This document shows, piece by piece, positions 13,500-26,140 of a stretch of DNA of 64,000 nt; within the stretch, counting starts at the first letter, position 1; each line of letters begins with the position of its first letter. The stretch covers positions 48,050,001 to 48,114,000 of the forward strand of contig OX597829.1 in assembly GCA_951406725.2 (NCBI GenBank), in the 5' to 3' direction. The notes beneath the pieces were generated by a model, which was not told where the DNA came from, did no database searches, and saw only the letters and a program-made list of their open reading frames with translations. Position numbers and translations under genes: made by a program. The stretch comes from Octopus vulgaris. Taxonomy: Eukaryota.

Positions 13500-13535
13500 C
13501 TTTTACGTTTCGAGCCTACGCTCTTCTACAGAAAG
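13500..13535 (-). ncRNA. Hammerhead-like motif with variant core CUGUAGA, in a repeat at about 13407-13575
   Basis: cttt CTGTAGA a gagc-gtag-gctc GAAA c GTA aaag. A decayed sister copy lies on the plus strand at 15020-15054. Confidence 0.55.
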
Positions 13536-13581
13536 GGACACAGAAAAAACAAGGAGAGAAAAAAAAAGTGTTTGTGTGTGC

Positions 13582-14790
13582 ATAAACTAGAAATAGTTGA
13601 TAGTTTCCGTTACCTAGGTGACCAAGTCAGCAGCGGGGGCGGGTGTGCTGAAAGTGTAACTGCTAGAGTAAGAATAGCTTGGGCAAAGTTCAGAGAGCTC
13701 TTACCTCTGCTGGTGACAAAAGGCCTCTCGCACAGAGTGAAAGGCAGACTGTATGATGCGTGTGTACGAACAGCCATGCTACATGGCAGTGAAACATGGG
13801 CCGTGACTGCTGAGGATATGCGTAAGCTCGCTAGAAATGAAGCCAGTATGCTCCGATGGATGTGTAATGCCGGTACTCACACTCGGCAGAGTGTAAGTAC
13901 CTTGAGAGAAAAGCTGGACCTAAGAAGCATCAGTTGTGGTGTGCAAGAGAGACGTTTGCGCTGGTATGGTCATGTGGCGAGAATGGATGAAGATAGTTGT
14001 GTGAAAAAGTGCCACACCCTAGCGGTTGAGGGAACCTGTGGAAGAGGCAGACCCAGGAAAACCTGGGACGAGGTGGTGAAGCACAACCTTCGAACTTTAG
14101 GTCTCACTGAGGAAATGACTAGAGACCGAGACCTCTGGAAGTGTGCTGTGCGCGAGAAGACCCGGCAGGACAAGTGAGTCCATAACCCGTGGCCTTCTAC
14201 ATGGGATGGAGCCGGCCTACGTATGCATACCTTCCCTTCTTGGGACACAAAACTCTACTTGTGAAGACGTGTTGAGGCAAGTGAGGATCAGAATCGAAAT
14301 CGATCAATGGAAATTGCGGATGTGCTACCAGTGCCGGTGGCATGTCAAAACTCTGCTTGTGAAGACCCGTTGAGGCAAGTGAGGATCAGAATCGAAATCG
14401 ATCAATGGAAATCGATCAATGGAAATTGCAGATGTGTTACCAGTGCCGGTGGCATGTAAGAGAACTTTCCGTTTCGCGACCGTTGCCAGCACCGCCCCGT
14501 TTCATGTCCGTTGCCAGCCTCGCCTGGCCCTCGTGCCGGTGGCACATAAAAAGCACCATCCGTTCGTGGCCGTTTGCCAGCTCTGTCTGGCACCAGTGCC
14601 GGTGGCACGTAAAAAGCACCCACTACACTCACGGAGTGGTTGGCGTTAGGAAGGGCATCCAGCCGTAGAAACACTGCCAGATTTGACTGGGCCTGATGAA
14701 GCCTTCTGGCTTCACAGACCCCAGTAGAACCGTCCAACCCATGCTAGCATGGAAAACGGATGCTAAACGATGATGATGATGATGATGATG
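13582..14790 (+). mobile_element. 3' fragment of the same RTE LINE family with 3' UTR and (GAT)n tail
   Basis: KLEIVDSFRYLGDQ...VREKTRQDK is near-identical to the 10.8-11.4 kb copy. The UTR ends ...aaacgatgatgatg. Confidence 0.92.
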
Positions 14791-15404
14791 ATACATTAAT
14801 ATATAAATATATATAGGTGAGCACAAGGGTGTACATACGCCAATACTCTCATACACACACGCACCTTTGTGTTGGGGGCACCTTCGTATTGGAAGTCACT
14901 TGACCCTGTTATCTCCCCTACTGTCCCTCTCGCGTCTGACCACTGTCCGAAGTCAGGATGCCATGATAGATTGTTAGCTCCTACATGCATTTTTTTCTCT
15001 CCTTGATTTTTCTGTGTATCTTTCTGTTGAAGAGCGTAACTCAAAACGTAAAAGACTTTTTATTTCTATTCCTGAGCGCTATACTAATACATTTGTTTGT
15101 TTGTACTCCACCTACCTTCGTCTTTTATATATATATATATATATATATATGAAAATGGAACAGAAATGCAATGGAGGGCATTAAAATGTTCAGACAGATA
15201 GATGACACAAAGGCGGACAAGAGACACAACAATTAGAAGGACAGGCAAAAAAAGATGGGGCATTCTTGGCTTTCTTTCATCAGTCAAGTACCAGAAGTCA
15301 CGACCATTTCGGGCAGTTCCACTTGAGATGGTTTGACCTGGTTTGTCCCCCAAAAAGTCTAAGCTAAGAATATTAGACCCTTTTGTAAGAAAGGTAGCAA
15401 ATGT

Positions 15405-15820
15405 AAATCATTTGCTGCGTCTAAAACTGAGACAACATCCTGTCACTAACTCTAACCCTAAATTTTAGCCTTTCGTTTTTGTTTTTTTTTTCTTAATTGT
15501 TAAATTAATTTAATTGTTACGCGCGTGTCTAAAATTATTCGTTTTGTTTTTGTTTTGAGTTTTTGCTTTCGTTTTAGCCTTTCGTTATGTATACGTACGG
15601 AAAGCGTGTGTATAAAATTATAGAATTATTTTGTTTGTTAATTGTTTAAATTATTTTCCATTGCTTTCGTTTTAGCCTTTCGGTTTTTTTTTTTCTTTCT
15701 TAATTGTTATCCTTAAATTAATTTATCAATTAAGAAAAAAAAACGAAAGGCTAAAATTTAGGGTGAGGGTGAGGGTTAGTGACAGGATGTTGTCTCAGTT
15801 TTAGACGCAGCAAATGATTT
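15405..15820. mobile_element. Foldback/MITE-like element with about 95-bp TIRs containing telomere-like TAACCC/TTAGGG units
   Basis: aaatcatttgctgcgtctaaaactgagacaacatcctgtcactaac... is mirrored to 15820; internal repeats of tttagcctttcg. Confidence 0.85.
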
Positions 15821-16239
15821 TAGTTCAATTAGAGGCAATTGATTGGTTAAAATTTGAAAAATTAAACTACGTTAAACAAATGAATTACAATTTTATCAAG
15901 AAATCCAAGAGAAAAAAATGTTTAATTTGGACACATTCTACAAGTATACGAAGTTTTAAAGTGTTTAGTTAACTAGAAATTGTGTTGACGTGTGCCGTTC
16001 AAAAGGAAAAGATCCCATCGGACAGTTTTGTTAAAATAGAACAGAAATAACGATATGATTAAAACTAGTTAAAGGATACACCTTTAAAAATGGATTTGCC
16101 TCATTGGTCCTTTCAATGAATGGTCTTAAGCATGTGATAAACAAAATAAATGAATTCAATATAAATTCATCCTATTATAAAAATTGAGGAAAGCTTTAAA
16201 TCGAAGAGTGGGTTCAAAATACATATTGCCAATAATTAT

Positions 16240-16520
16240 ATCATCATCATCGTCGTTTAACGTCCGTTTCCCGCGCTAGCATGGGTTGGACGGTTCGACC
16301 GGGGTCTGGGAAGCCAGGCTGCACCAGGCTCCAGTCTGATCTGGCAGAGTTTCTACGGCTGGATGCCCTTCCTAACGCCAACCACTCCACGAGTGTAGTG
16401 GGTGCTTTTTACGTGCCACCTGCACAGGAGCCAGGGGGGGTCCGGCATCGGCCACGTTCGGATGGTGCTTTTTATGTGCCACCGGCACGGAAGCCAGTCG
16501 GGTTCTGTGCCGGTGGCACA
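16240..16520 (-). mobile_element. Representative solo RTE 3' UTR/(GAT)n tail. Other copies at about 2824-2985, 8455-8645, 9860-10200, 12275-12435, 20700-21190, 23648-23960, 36133-36430, 36970-37170, 38830-39145, 44652-44925, 45990-46258, 46812-47195, 56860-57090
   Basis: Recurrent consensus catcatcgtttaacgtccgctttccatgctagcatgggttggacggtt...ctggatgcccttcctaacgccaaccactcc, matching the UTR attached to the RTE ORFs. Confidence 0.85.
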
Positions 16521-17449
16521 AACGAAATATAATTCAATTAATATAATAAATACATAAAAATTAAATTGAAATTTTCACGCTGAATTACATAAATAGTTTA
16601 CAACAGTATATACGCATACTAAACCATCAATGTACACAGACTACATACATATACAGACATATGTATGTAAGACGTAAATATACACACAAATATATGTATG
16701 CATATGTACGCAATCATGCTCGCATGCAAAAATCACTTGGTGTATATATATAGACGAGAAGTCAATTTTAAAACGCAGAGATGGGGAAAGAAAAAAGTAA
16801 AGGAAGGTTCTTAGATGTAACAGTTAGCGAGAGAAAGAGGTGAGTGAGAGGAGAAGAAAGGAGAGCAAAGTTAAAGGACTCTAAACAAGTAACAAATAGG
16901 GGAATAAAAAATACTTTCCGTAGGGAAATGGAAAGAAAGATAAGGTGGCTGAATATGCGTAACGAACGTACACAAAATAAAATTATGTATACATGGGTAT
17001 ATAAAAGTGTATATTAGCAGCAAATACACATATGATAACACATATATAAATATATAGAGACAAGTACGTAAATATACATCCACACAAATATAAGTGAATA
17101 CATGCATACATATACATCCATGAACGTATGTGTACAAGTATAAACATACATGGTCACTTACACATATACATACGCATATATATGCATGCCAGCAATACAA
17201 ATATCCACATAAAAACATGTCTAGGTCCTGACGTATATAAACAAACTTTTTTTTTTTAATTGTTGAGTGCATAATAATAAAATTTGGATAAAGGACATGC
17301 AAAATAGAACACTCTGTATCGAATTATCTATAAATTAAACGATTAAAATGGGTTTATAGAATACAATAAAATGAAATAAAATAAAATAAAAATAGAATCT
17401 TAAACAAGAAAATGATATTTGTATATAATAGTCGAAGGTTTCTCTTAAT

Positions 17450-18135
17450 AAATATGCCCTCAACTGCCCTGGTAGCCACCCTTGCTAGCTATGCAGACGA
17501 TACGAAAGTCTCGCTGAAAATACAGAACCCCAGCAATGTTGCACATCTGCAGCAGGAGTTGGACTCAATTAACAGATGGATTGAGGATGTTAATATGCCG
17601 TTTAATGCTGAAAAATTCCAGGCCCTGCACTACCAGCATCCAAAACTGAATATTAAACCTACAGGGTACACTGGTCCACAGGGAATTACAATCCCAGAGC
17701 CTAAGTCAGTGAGGAACCTGGGTATCGACATGAGTGATAATACCTCTTTCGATGGCGACAAAGTGCAGATGACTGGCTAGATGGATCCTGAGAATATTCA
17801 GAACCAGTGATAAGGAAACCATGATGGTTTAGTTCTCCCAGCTATGGTCACCCAACAATGTAAAATTAACAGCGGACTTTGAAGCAATCCAGCAAAGCTT
17901 TACAAAGAAGATCGTCTCATTGCAACAGCTTAGCTACAGGGAATGGCTGAAACAGCTAAGACTCTACTCCTTGGAGTGAAGGCAGCAGAGCTATGTAGTA
18001 ATATACATCTGGAAGATCCTGAAAAGAATTGTGCCAAATTTTGGCATTGAAACCTACACCAAATCAGAATGTGTCAACACTGCACAGTGCCAAAGATCCC
18101 AGCAATGCCATCGTACTTTGGGACCAGTTGCTGCA
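17450..18135 (+). mobile_element. Degraded CR1-type LINE RT/C-terminal fragment
   Basis: Reads SYADDTK...LQQELDSINRWIEDVNMPFNAEKF...RNLGI, then LSYREWLKQLRLYSLE with stops and frameshifts. Confidence 0.8.
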
Positions 18136-18139
18136 ATCT

Positions 18140-18737
18140 TGATCTGGCAGAGTTTCTACAGCTGGATGCCCTTCCTAATGCCAACCACTCCGAGAGTGTA
18201 GTGGGTGCTTTTAAATGCCACCGGCACGAGGGCCAGTCAGGCAGCACTGGCAACGGCCACGCCCAAATGGTTTTTTGCTTTTTTTACGTGCCACCTGCAC
18301 AAGTGCCAATAAGGCAACACTGGTAACGGTCACACTCGAATGGTGCTTTTTACGTACCACCGGCATGGACGCCAGTTAGCCACTCTGGTAACAATCACGC
18401 TCAGATGGTGCTCTTAGTGCTCCACTAGCATGGATACCAGTCATTGAATTTGATTTCAATTTCACTTGCCTCAACAGGTCTTCACAAGCAGAGTTTAGGG
18501 TCCAAAGAAGGAAAGGTACGCATAAGTGGGCTGGTTACACCCCTGGCATAGGCCACAAGGTTATGGTCTCATTTGGCTTGCCAGGTCTTCTCACGCACAG
18601 CATATTTCTAAAAGTCACCAGTCATTGCCTTGGTGAAGCCTAATGTTCGAAGGTCATGCTTCACCACTTCATCCCAGGTCTTCCACAGGTTCCCTCAACC
18701 GCTAGGGTGTGGCACTTTTTCACACAGCTATCCTCGT
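18140..18737 (-). mobile_element. RTE LINE 3' end fragment
   Basis: Same 3' UTR and ORF end (TWDEVVKHDLRTLG) as the 10.2-12.2 kb element. Confidence 0.8.
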
Positions 18738-19309
18738 ATATATGTATACATATATGTGTGTGTGTGTGCACGCGCGCATGCGCGTCTGTGTTTGTCACCC
18801 CAACATTGCTTCACAACTGATGCTGGTGTGTTTATGTCCCTGTAACTTAGCGGTTAAGCAAAAGAGACCGATAGAATAAGTACCAGGCTTACAAAGAATA
18901 AGTCCTGGGGTCGATTCGCTGGACTAAAGGTGGTGCTCCAGCATGGCCACAGTCCAATTACTGAAACAAGTGAAAGATAAAAGACTAGTTTTTAAACATC
19001 GAATTTTCACCAATTCTCACCTGTTTTCAAGTGAAGTAATATCTTACCCCTTGGCTGGACATGTTTCTATGGAAGATTTGAAACAAGGGACATCACATGT
19101 ATGACAGTGAAAATAGCTTAGAACTATCACATAATGTCCAGGCAAGGATACAGTAGCACACACACACATAAGTGACAAGCTTCTTTCAGTTTCCATCTAC
19201 CATATCCACTCACAAGGCATAGGTCAGCTTGGAACTACAGTAGAAGACACTTGCCTAAGGTGTTACACAGTGGGACTGAACCTGAAATCATGATTGGGAA
19301 GCAAACGTC

Positions 19310-19730
19310 TTATTTCTTTACTGCCCACAAGGGGCTAAACATAAAGGAGACAAAAAAGAACCGACAAAGGGATTAAGTCGATTACATCGACCCCAGTGCG
19401 TAACTGGTACTTAATTTATCAACCCTGAAAGGATGAAAGGCAAAGTCGACCTCGGTGGAATTTGAACTCAGAACACAGCGGCAGACGAAATACCTATTTC
19501 TTTATTACCCACAAAGGGCTACACACAGAGGGGACAAACAAGGACAGACAAATGGATTAAGTCGATTACATCGAACCTCAGTGCGTAACTGGTACTTATT
19601 TAATCGACCCCGAAAGGATGAAAGGCAAAGTCGACCTCGGCGGAATTTGAACTCAGAACGCAGCGGCAGACGAAATACGGCTACGCATTTCGCCCGGCGT
19701 GCTAACGTCTCTGCCAGCTCGTTGCCTTAC
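19310..19730 (-). mobile_element. SINE family A tandem multimer
   Basis: About 184-bp body repeated behind one tRNA head. Confidence 0.85.
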
Positions 19731-19926
19731 AACATCTCACCACACAGCCACACATGGGCCCAACACATTGCCACAATTAGTATGAATTTAGTTGCAAAGT
19801 TTCCCTGCAGCTCTAAATCATAAATAAATATTTCAAATCTTCATAATCAATAATATTATTTTAATTAATCTTAAAGTTTATTGAGATTGATTTAATTGTA
19901 ATAATTCTCCTTAATATACGTTAGAT

Positions 19927-21388
19927 GAGGAGTTCTCAACCATTTTTTATCTATGGACCCTTTTGATTACTATTTTTATTCTAGTAGACCCCATAGCCAT
20001 TCGATGTTTTAAATTTAGTTTTATAGAAACTTCCTCCAAATTTCCTATTTTGTTTTTCTAACACATTAACTTGCATAGGTTGAACAATGTAAAATGTTAG
20101 AGAAAGAAACCTAACTATTTCTTCTAATACATACATCAAAATTAGGGGTTACACTTTTCTCTTTCACTCTTTTACTTATTTCAGTCATTTGACTGTGGCC
20201 ATGTTGGAGCACCACCTTGCAACGGGCTTCTTTCAGTTTCCATCTACCAAATCCATTCATAAGGCTTTGGTCGGCCCAAGGCTATAGTAGAAGACACTTA
20301 CCCAACGTGCCACATAGTGGGACTGAACCCGGAACCATCTGGTTGGAAGCAAGCTACTTACCACATAGCCACTATCTATGGACCCCTTAATTACTATTTT
20401 ATTCTAGTGGACTCCATAGCCATTCGATGTCTAAAACCTAGTTTTATAGAAACTTCTTTCAAAATTCCTATTTTGTTTTTCACACATTAACTTGTGAAGG
20501 TTGGACTATGTAAAATGTTAGAGAAGGAAACCTACCTGTTTCTTACAATGCATACATCTAAAGGCAGGGGTTCTCAACCATTTTTAATCTACAGACCCCC
20601 TTTGATTACTATTTTATACTGGTGGACCCCAATAGACATTCTATGTTTAAAAACTAGTTTTATAGAAACTTCTTGCAAAATTCTTGTTTTGTTTGAAATC
20701 AAAATCAAATCAAATTCGCAAATTCAATGACTGGCACCCATGCCAGTGGAGCGCTAAGAGCACCGTCCGAGCGTGATCACTGCCAGAGCAGCCGACTTGC
20801 TTCTGTGCCAGTGGCACGTAAAGAGCACAATTCAAACATGATCATTACCAGCATCGACTTACTGGCACTTGTGCCAGTGGCATGTGAAAAACATTCGAAC
20901 AAGGTCATTGCTAGTACCACTGGAATGGCTCCTGTGCAGGTGGCATGTAAAAAAAACATCACTTCAGTGTGGCTGTTGCTAGTACCACCTGACTGGCCCT
21001 CATGCCGGTGGCACGAAAAAGCACCCACTACACTCTCGGAGTAGTTGGTGTTAGGAAGGACATCCAACTGTAGAAACAATGCCAGATCTGATTGGAGGCT
21101 GGTGCAGCCATCTGGTTTGCCAGTCCTCAGTCAAATCGTCCAACCCATGCCAGCATGGAAAGCAGACGTTAAACGATGATGATGATAATGAACTTGTGTA
21201 GGTTGAACTTCAGAGAAAGAAACCCGTTTCTTGCAATGAATACCAATATGTACATTTAAAGCAAATTTTTTGTCAGGGGCCCCTAAAATACTATTATAGA
21301 TCCCCAATTTACTATTTTGTTACGTGGACCCCCAAGAATCTTATATGGACACAACCAGGGTCATATGGACCCTGGCTGAGAACCCCTG
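19927..21388. mobile_element. hAT-type MITE with internal duplications and nested SINE/RTE pieces
   Basis: TIR (c)aggggttctcaacc...ggctgagaacccctg; flanks cgttagat/cactagat. Confidence 0.6.
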
Positions 21389-21396
21389 CACTAGAT

Positions 21397-21624
21397 AAGT
21401 GGATCCCAAACATTTTCAGGCTGCAGCCCCACCTTTGTACCCAGGCCACATACTTAGTGCCCCCTGCCTCACACAACACCACAAACCTAGACTATTTTCT
21501 GCAACCCATTATTTTGTGTTTTATTGTAACCCCATTTTTGCCCCCCACTTTTCTTCAACACCCACCTCCCTGAATCTTTCCACCTTCCCAACGGGGGCAG
21601 TGCTGCCCACTTTGGGAACCACTG
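21397..21624. mobile_element. hAT-type MITE with an exact 8-bp TSD
   Basis: TIRs aagtggatcccaaac / ctttgggaaccactg; TSD cactagat at 21389-21396 and 21625-21632. Confidence 0.8.
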
Positions 21625-22194
21625 CACTAGATGATTGTTTCGGCTACATAAAGAAGTAATCTGTATCTACTTCGTGGTACCTATTTACAGCCAGGTAGAC
21701 TGCACTAGACGTGTTTTGGCTATGGCCACAGTAAAGTGTCACAAACAGGATACAAATGATCAAGACTTGGTTTATATGTGGTGAGTGATCATGAAACATC
21801 ACACAACTCATCCAACTCACACACACACACACTCCTTTATATTACATTAAATTAAGAGGTCACTTCTCGTGGGCGGCATGGAAGGGAACAGCAATAAAAT
21901 AAATAGAACTAACCAACATTATATGGGTGATTATAAATAATGTAACAACATTATTCTGGGATTTTGATCATACTTACCATGCCCTCCAACCATCCACACA
22001 CATACACACATACTACACACTACTGAGGTTTCTCTCCCCTATACCATCATTCAACAAAATTGGTTTTCTACAGAGTTCCAAATTCACGTTCACAGACAAA
22101 CACACATGCACACAAACCACATACATGTAAAGACACACATGGACATACATAAGCACACACACACACACACACACACAACACACATACATACAAT

Positions 22195-22225
<31 letters not shown>

Positions 22226-24649
22226 TGCATATACACAATCTGGACTGGGAGAGTAGATCGAGCGAAAGATTTTTTTTTTATTGTTATATATTTTAGTCCA
22301 GTTACTTAATCCTTAAGGTCAATTTGCAACAGTTAAATATTTGACCTGTGACCTTTACTTTCTCTTTCTCTCTCTCACACACACAATATATCAAACAAGG
22401 TCACATTCTAGGCAAAAGGTGTGTCCCCCAACTGTTGTTTTTACAAGACTGTCCTACTACACTTTATCAATAAAAGAGTGTACAGATATGGGCATTTTTA
22501 TGTGCATATTAATGCACAGGCTTGGCTGTGTAGTAAGAAGATGGCATCCCAACCACATGGTTCCAGGTTTAGTGCCCCCCTGCATGGTAATTAGGGCAAA
22601 TGATTTCTACTATAGCCCTGGGCCAACCAAAGCCTTGCAAGAGGTGATGGTAGATTTAAACTGAAAGTAACTCATTGTATGTATGTATGTATGTCATACC
22701 ACCGTTTCACAACCAGTGTTGGTGTGTTTATGTCCACATAACTTAGTGGTTCAACAAAAGAAACTGATAGAGTTAGTACCAGGCTTCAAAAAAATAGTAA
22801 GTACAGGTATCGATTCATTTGAATAAAACCCTTCAAGGTGGTGCCCCAGCATGGCCACAGTCCAATGACTGAAGTTTAGTTGATATTCGAGCACCCATGT
22901 AGAGGCTTCATCATTGGTTAATATATATATATATATATGAGAAAGATAGTGAGCGTGTGTGTGTGTGTGTGTGTGTTCGTTCCAGTATTTAAGGTGTGAA
23001 ATGAATAACATTATGTCATAAGATAATTAGAAAACTACATTTCAAACAACTCCACACCCTTACTTGTTCATGCCTTGATGTAATAACTATTGTAATTTGT
23101 GTCTTAACAAGGATGTTAGCTGTATTGAGCAAACATCCTTGAGTATTTATACACACATATACAAAAGCATGTAACCTTATAAACATAGAGACTGCACACA
23201 GATAAACCATCATTACCATCATTTGGCTGGTTCCAAAGAGTCTGACAAACCGGAGGACTACGTTGAGTTCCACTGTCAGCTTCAGTACAGTATCTATGGC
23301 TGGATGCTCTTCCTAATGCCAATCTCTTTACAGAAAGACCAGGATGCATTCTTTTTCTCATAGCACCAGCACTAATGAGGTTACCAAGTAACTCACAAGA
23401 CAAAAAAAAGAATTCCCTCTTTGACTGAATAGGAATGTAGTAGAGAGAGTAATTGCTTTATATCAGATGTTGAGAAGCGGAAAAATTACAGAGACACAGG
23501 TTCAGGTATCTTGCTATAGAGGAAATTCATGGCTATCTTGTATTATTTTTTCAGATTTTACTTGAAAAGGAAGATGAGAGTAAAGAGGGAAGTTTTGTCT
23601 AATGAAAGGTTTAATAAAAGGTGGATGAATGTAGCAAAGATGGTATGCATCATCATCGTTTAGTGTCCGCTTTCCATGCTAGCATGGGTTGGATGGTTCA
23701 ACTGGGGTCTGGGAAGCCTGAAGGCTGCACCAGGCCCAGTCTGATCTGGCAATGTTCCTACGGCTGGATGCCCTTCCTAACGCCAACCACTCCATGAGTG
23801 TAGTAGGTGCTTTTTACGTGCCACCGGCACAGGTGCCAGATGAGGCTGGCAAACGGCCACGATCAGATGGTGTTTTTTACGTGCCACCGGCACGAGGCCA
23901 GTCGGGGTGGCACTGGCCACGATCGGATGGTGCTTTTTACATGCCACCGGCACGGAGGTCAGGCATGAATGATGAAACCATTTTGAGCATGAACCTATAC
24001 AACAAAAAGAGAAAGGGTGCTTTGCTCAAATGGTATTTTTTTTTTTTCATAAGTCACTGTGGTTTTCTCCATAGGTTTTTCTTTCCCCGGATAATCCTGG
24101 TCAGTGTTATATTTCCTCCTCATAAGTTGTATTATTGTTTAACCCAAGCTTAACCACGATTAAAGTAGATCCATGTTCAAAAGTTGTATCTGTTATAAAC
24201 ATCACATTTTTTTTTTAGATAGGTGCATGTATGCATGTGTGGTAAGAAGTTTACTCCCTAACCGCATGGTTCAAGGTTCAGTCTCAATGCATGGCACCTT
24301 GGGCAAGTGTCTTCTAAGCCTTGTGAGTGGGTTTGATAGACAGAAACTGAAAGAAGCCTCACATATATAAATATAGACAGATAGGTGTGTGTGTGTGTGT
24401 GTGTGTGTGCACACATGTGTGTGTGTGTGTGCACACATGTGTGTGTGTGTGTGCACATGTGTGTGCACATGTGTGTGCATGTGCGTGTGTGCATGTGCGT
24501 GTGTGCACCCCACTTATGCTTCACAACCACTGTTGGTTCATGTATACCCCTGTAACTTAGTAGACATAGCAGTTTGACAAAAGAGACTGATATCAGGTTC
24601 TAAAAAAAGTAGTGAGTTCGATTTCTTAGACTAAACCCCCTTGGGATAG

Positions 24650-25065
24650 TGTCCCAGCATGGCCACAGTCCAATGACTGAAACAAGTAAAAGATAAAAGA
24701 TATACTGGGATTGATTTGTTCAACTAAAACCCTTCAAGGTGGTGCCCCAGCATGGCCACAGTCCAATGACTGAAACAAATAAAAGATAAAAGATATACTG
24801 GGATTGATTTGTTCAACTAAAACCCTTCAAGGTGGTGCCCCAGCATGGCCACAGTGCAATGACTGAAACAAGTAAAAGATAAAAGATATACTGGGATTGA
24901 TTTGTTCAAGTAAAACCCTTCAAGGTGGTGCCCCAGCATGGCCACAGTCCAATGACTGAAACAAGTAAAAGATAAAAGATATACTGGGATTGATTTGTTC
25001 AACTAAAACCCTTCAAGGTGGTGCCCCAGCATGGCCACAGTCCAATGACTGAAACAAGTAAAAGG
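24650..25065 (+). repeat. 93-bp tandem array of the family-B SINE 3' end (about 4.5 units)
   Basis: catggccacagt at 24658, 24751, 24844, 24937 and 25030. Confidence 0.92.
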
Positions 25066-25409
25066 AAAATAAATGACAAGGAAATCCATTATTCAAAATG
25101 CCTGTTTTCCTGACAGTGAAACAGAAGCAGCGCAGACACAATCCTTTTCTAACAACATACCTTGTAAGAGATCACTCCTCATAAATCAAAGTCCACATCC
25201 CCCACAAAATAATTTAGCAAACAAACACTTATGTAGAACATAATATAGTAAATAAATCATGAAAAGTTTATCAAGAGAAAGAAAATAAGTGAAACGAAAC
25301 AAAAGGTAAAAAAGGAAATCATTCAAATTAATCAAGTCAGCCCAAAAGATTTGTGTTACAAAACTTTAAAAAAAAAGTAATGCGTTTATATAATTATGAC
25401 ATTATGATT

Positions 25410-26140
25410 TCTCCCTGGACCCTGAGACCAACAGGTGAATCAGACAAGCACCTTCCACATTTGCCAGGTTCACAAAGAGTCTGCGAAAACAAAAAAAAAA
25501 ACTGTCTGCAGTACCAAGATTGCTGTCCATAAGGTGTGTGTGTTCTTAGTACACTACTAGGAGCAGCATCTCAATATCTTTCACCTTCCTGATTTGAGAG
25601 ACACCTTGGATATCAAGCGGACCAATGACATCACCAACACCCAAGTCTTCAACTGCGCCAAGATACCCAGCATACTCACACTGCTCCAGCAGGGTCATTT
25701 GTGTAGGCTTGGTCATGTCCATCGCATGCCAGATGGAAAGGGTCCCAAAAGACCTCTCATACGGGGGAATTGGCAACTGCCACATGAGCACCTCTTCATT
25801 TCAAGAACTTCTGTAACAGGGATATGAAGTTACTTGACCTGGACGTCCAGAGATGGGAGTAGGTTGCAAATGACTGCCCACGCTGGAGACAAATACTGTG
25901 AAAGGGGATGAAACGAGAAGAAACAAAACAGGAACTCGCCACCAGAGGAAAGTGCACTTGACAAAAGGAAAAACCAGTAGTACTGGCAGAGAGCTCCTTC
26001 AAATGCAGTCGCTGTGTGCATGACTGCCACTCCTGTGTGGGCCTGTACAGCCACAACTGATACTGCACCACTATCAGCAGCTGACATGATTTCTTTGAGT
26101 GCAGACCCATGGCATATCGAGACCAACTGATGCCTGCTAC
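25410..26140 (+). mobile_element. Degraded RTE (BovB-like) LINE 3' fragment
   Basis: Pieces LGHVHRMPDG, YG(E)L and a terminal C2H2-like FKCSRC..DCHSCVGLYSH, with many disablements. Confidence 0.7.

Noticed and set aside
13263-14177. 304-aa ORF as a host gene
   Set aside because: Chance fusion of (TG)n, a hammerhead repeat and an RTE C-terminus.
15255-15330. CTGATGA and GAAA boxes on the minus strand; similar at 37410-37460 and 5445-5485
   Set aside because: The three hammerhead stems could not be closed.
24650-25065. CRISPR-like regular repeats
   Set aside because: Head-to-tail units without unique spacers, in a eukaryotic SINE tail.
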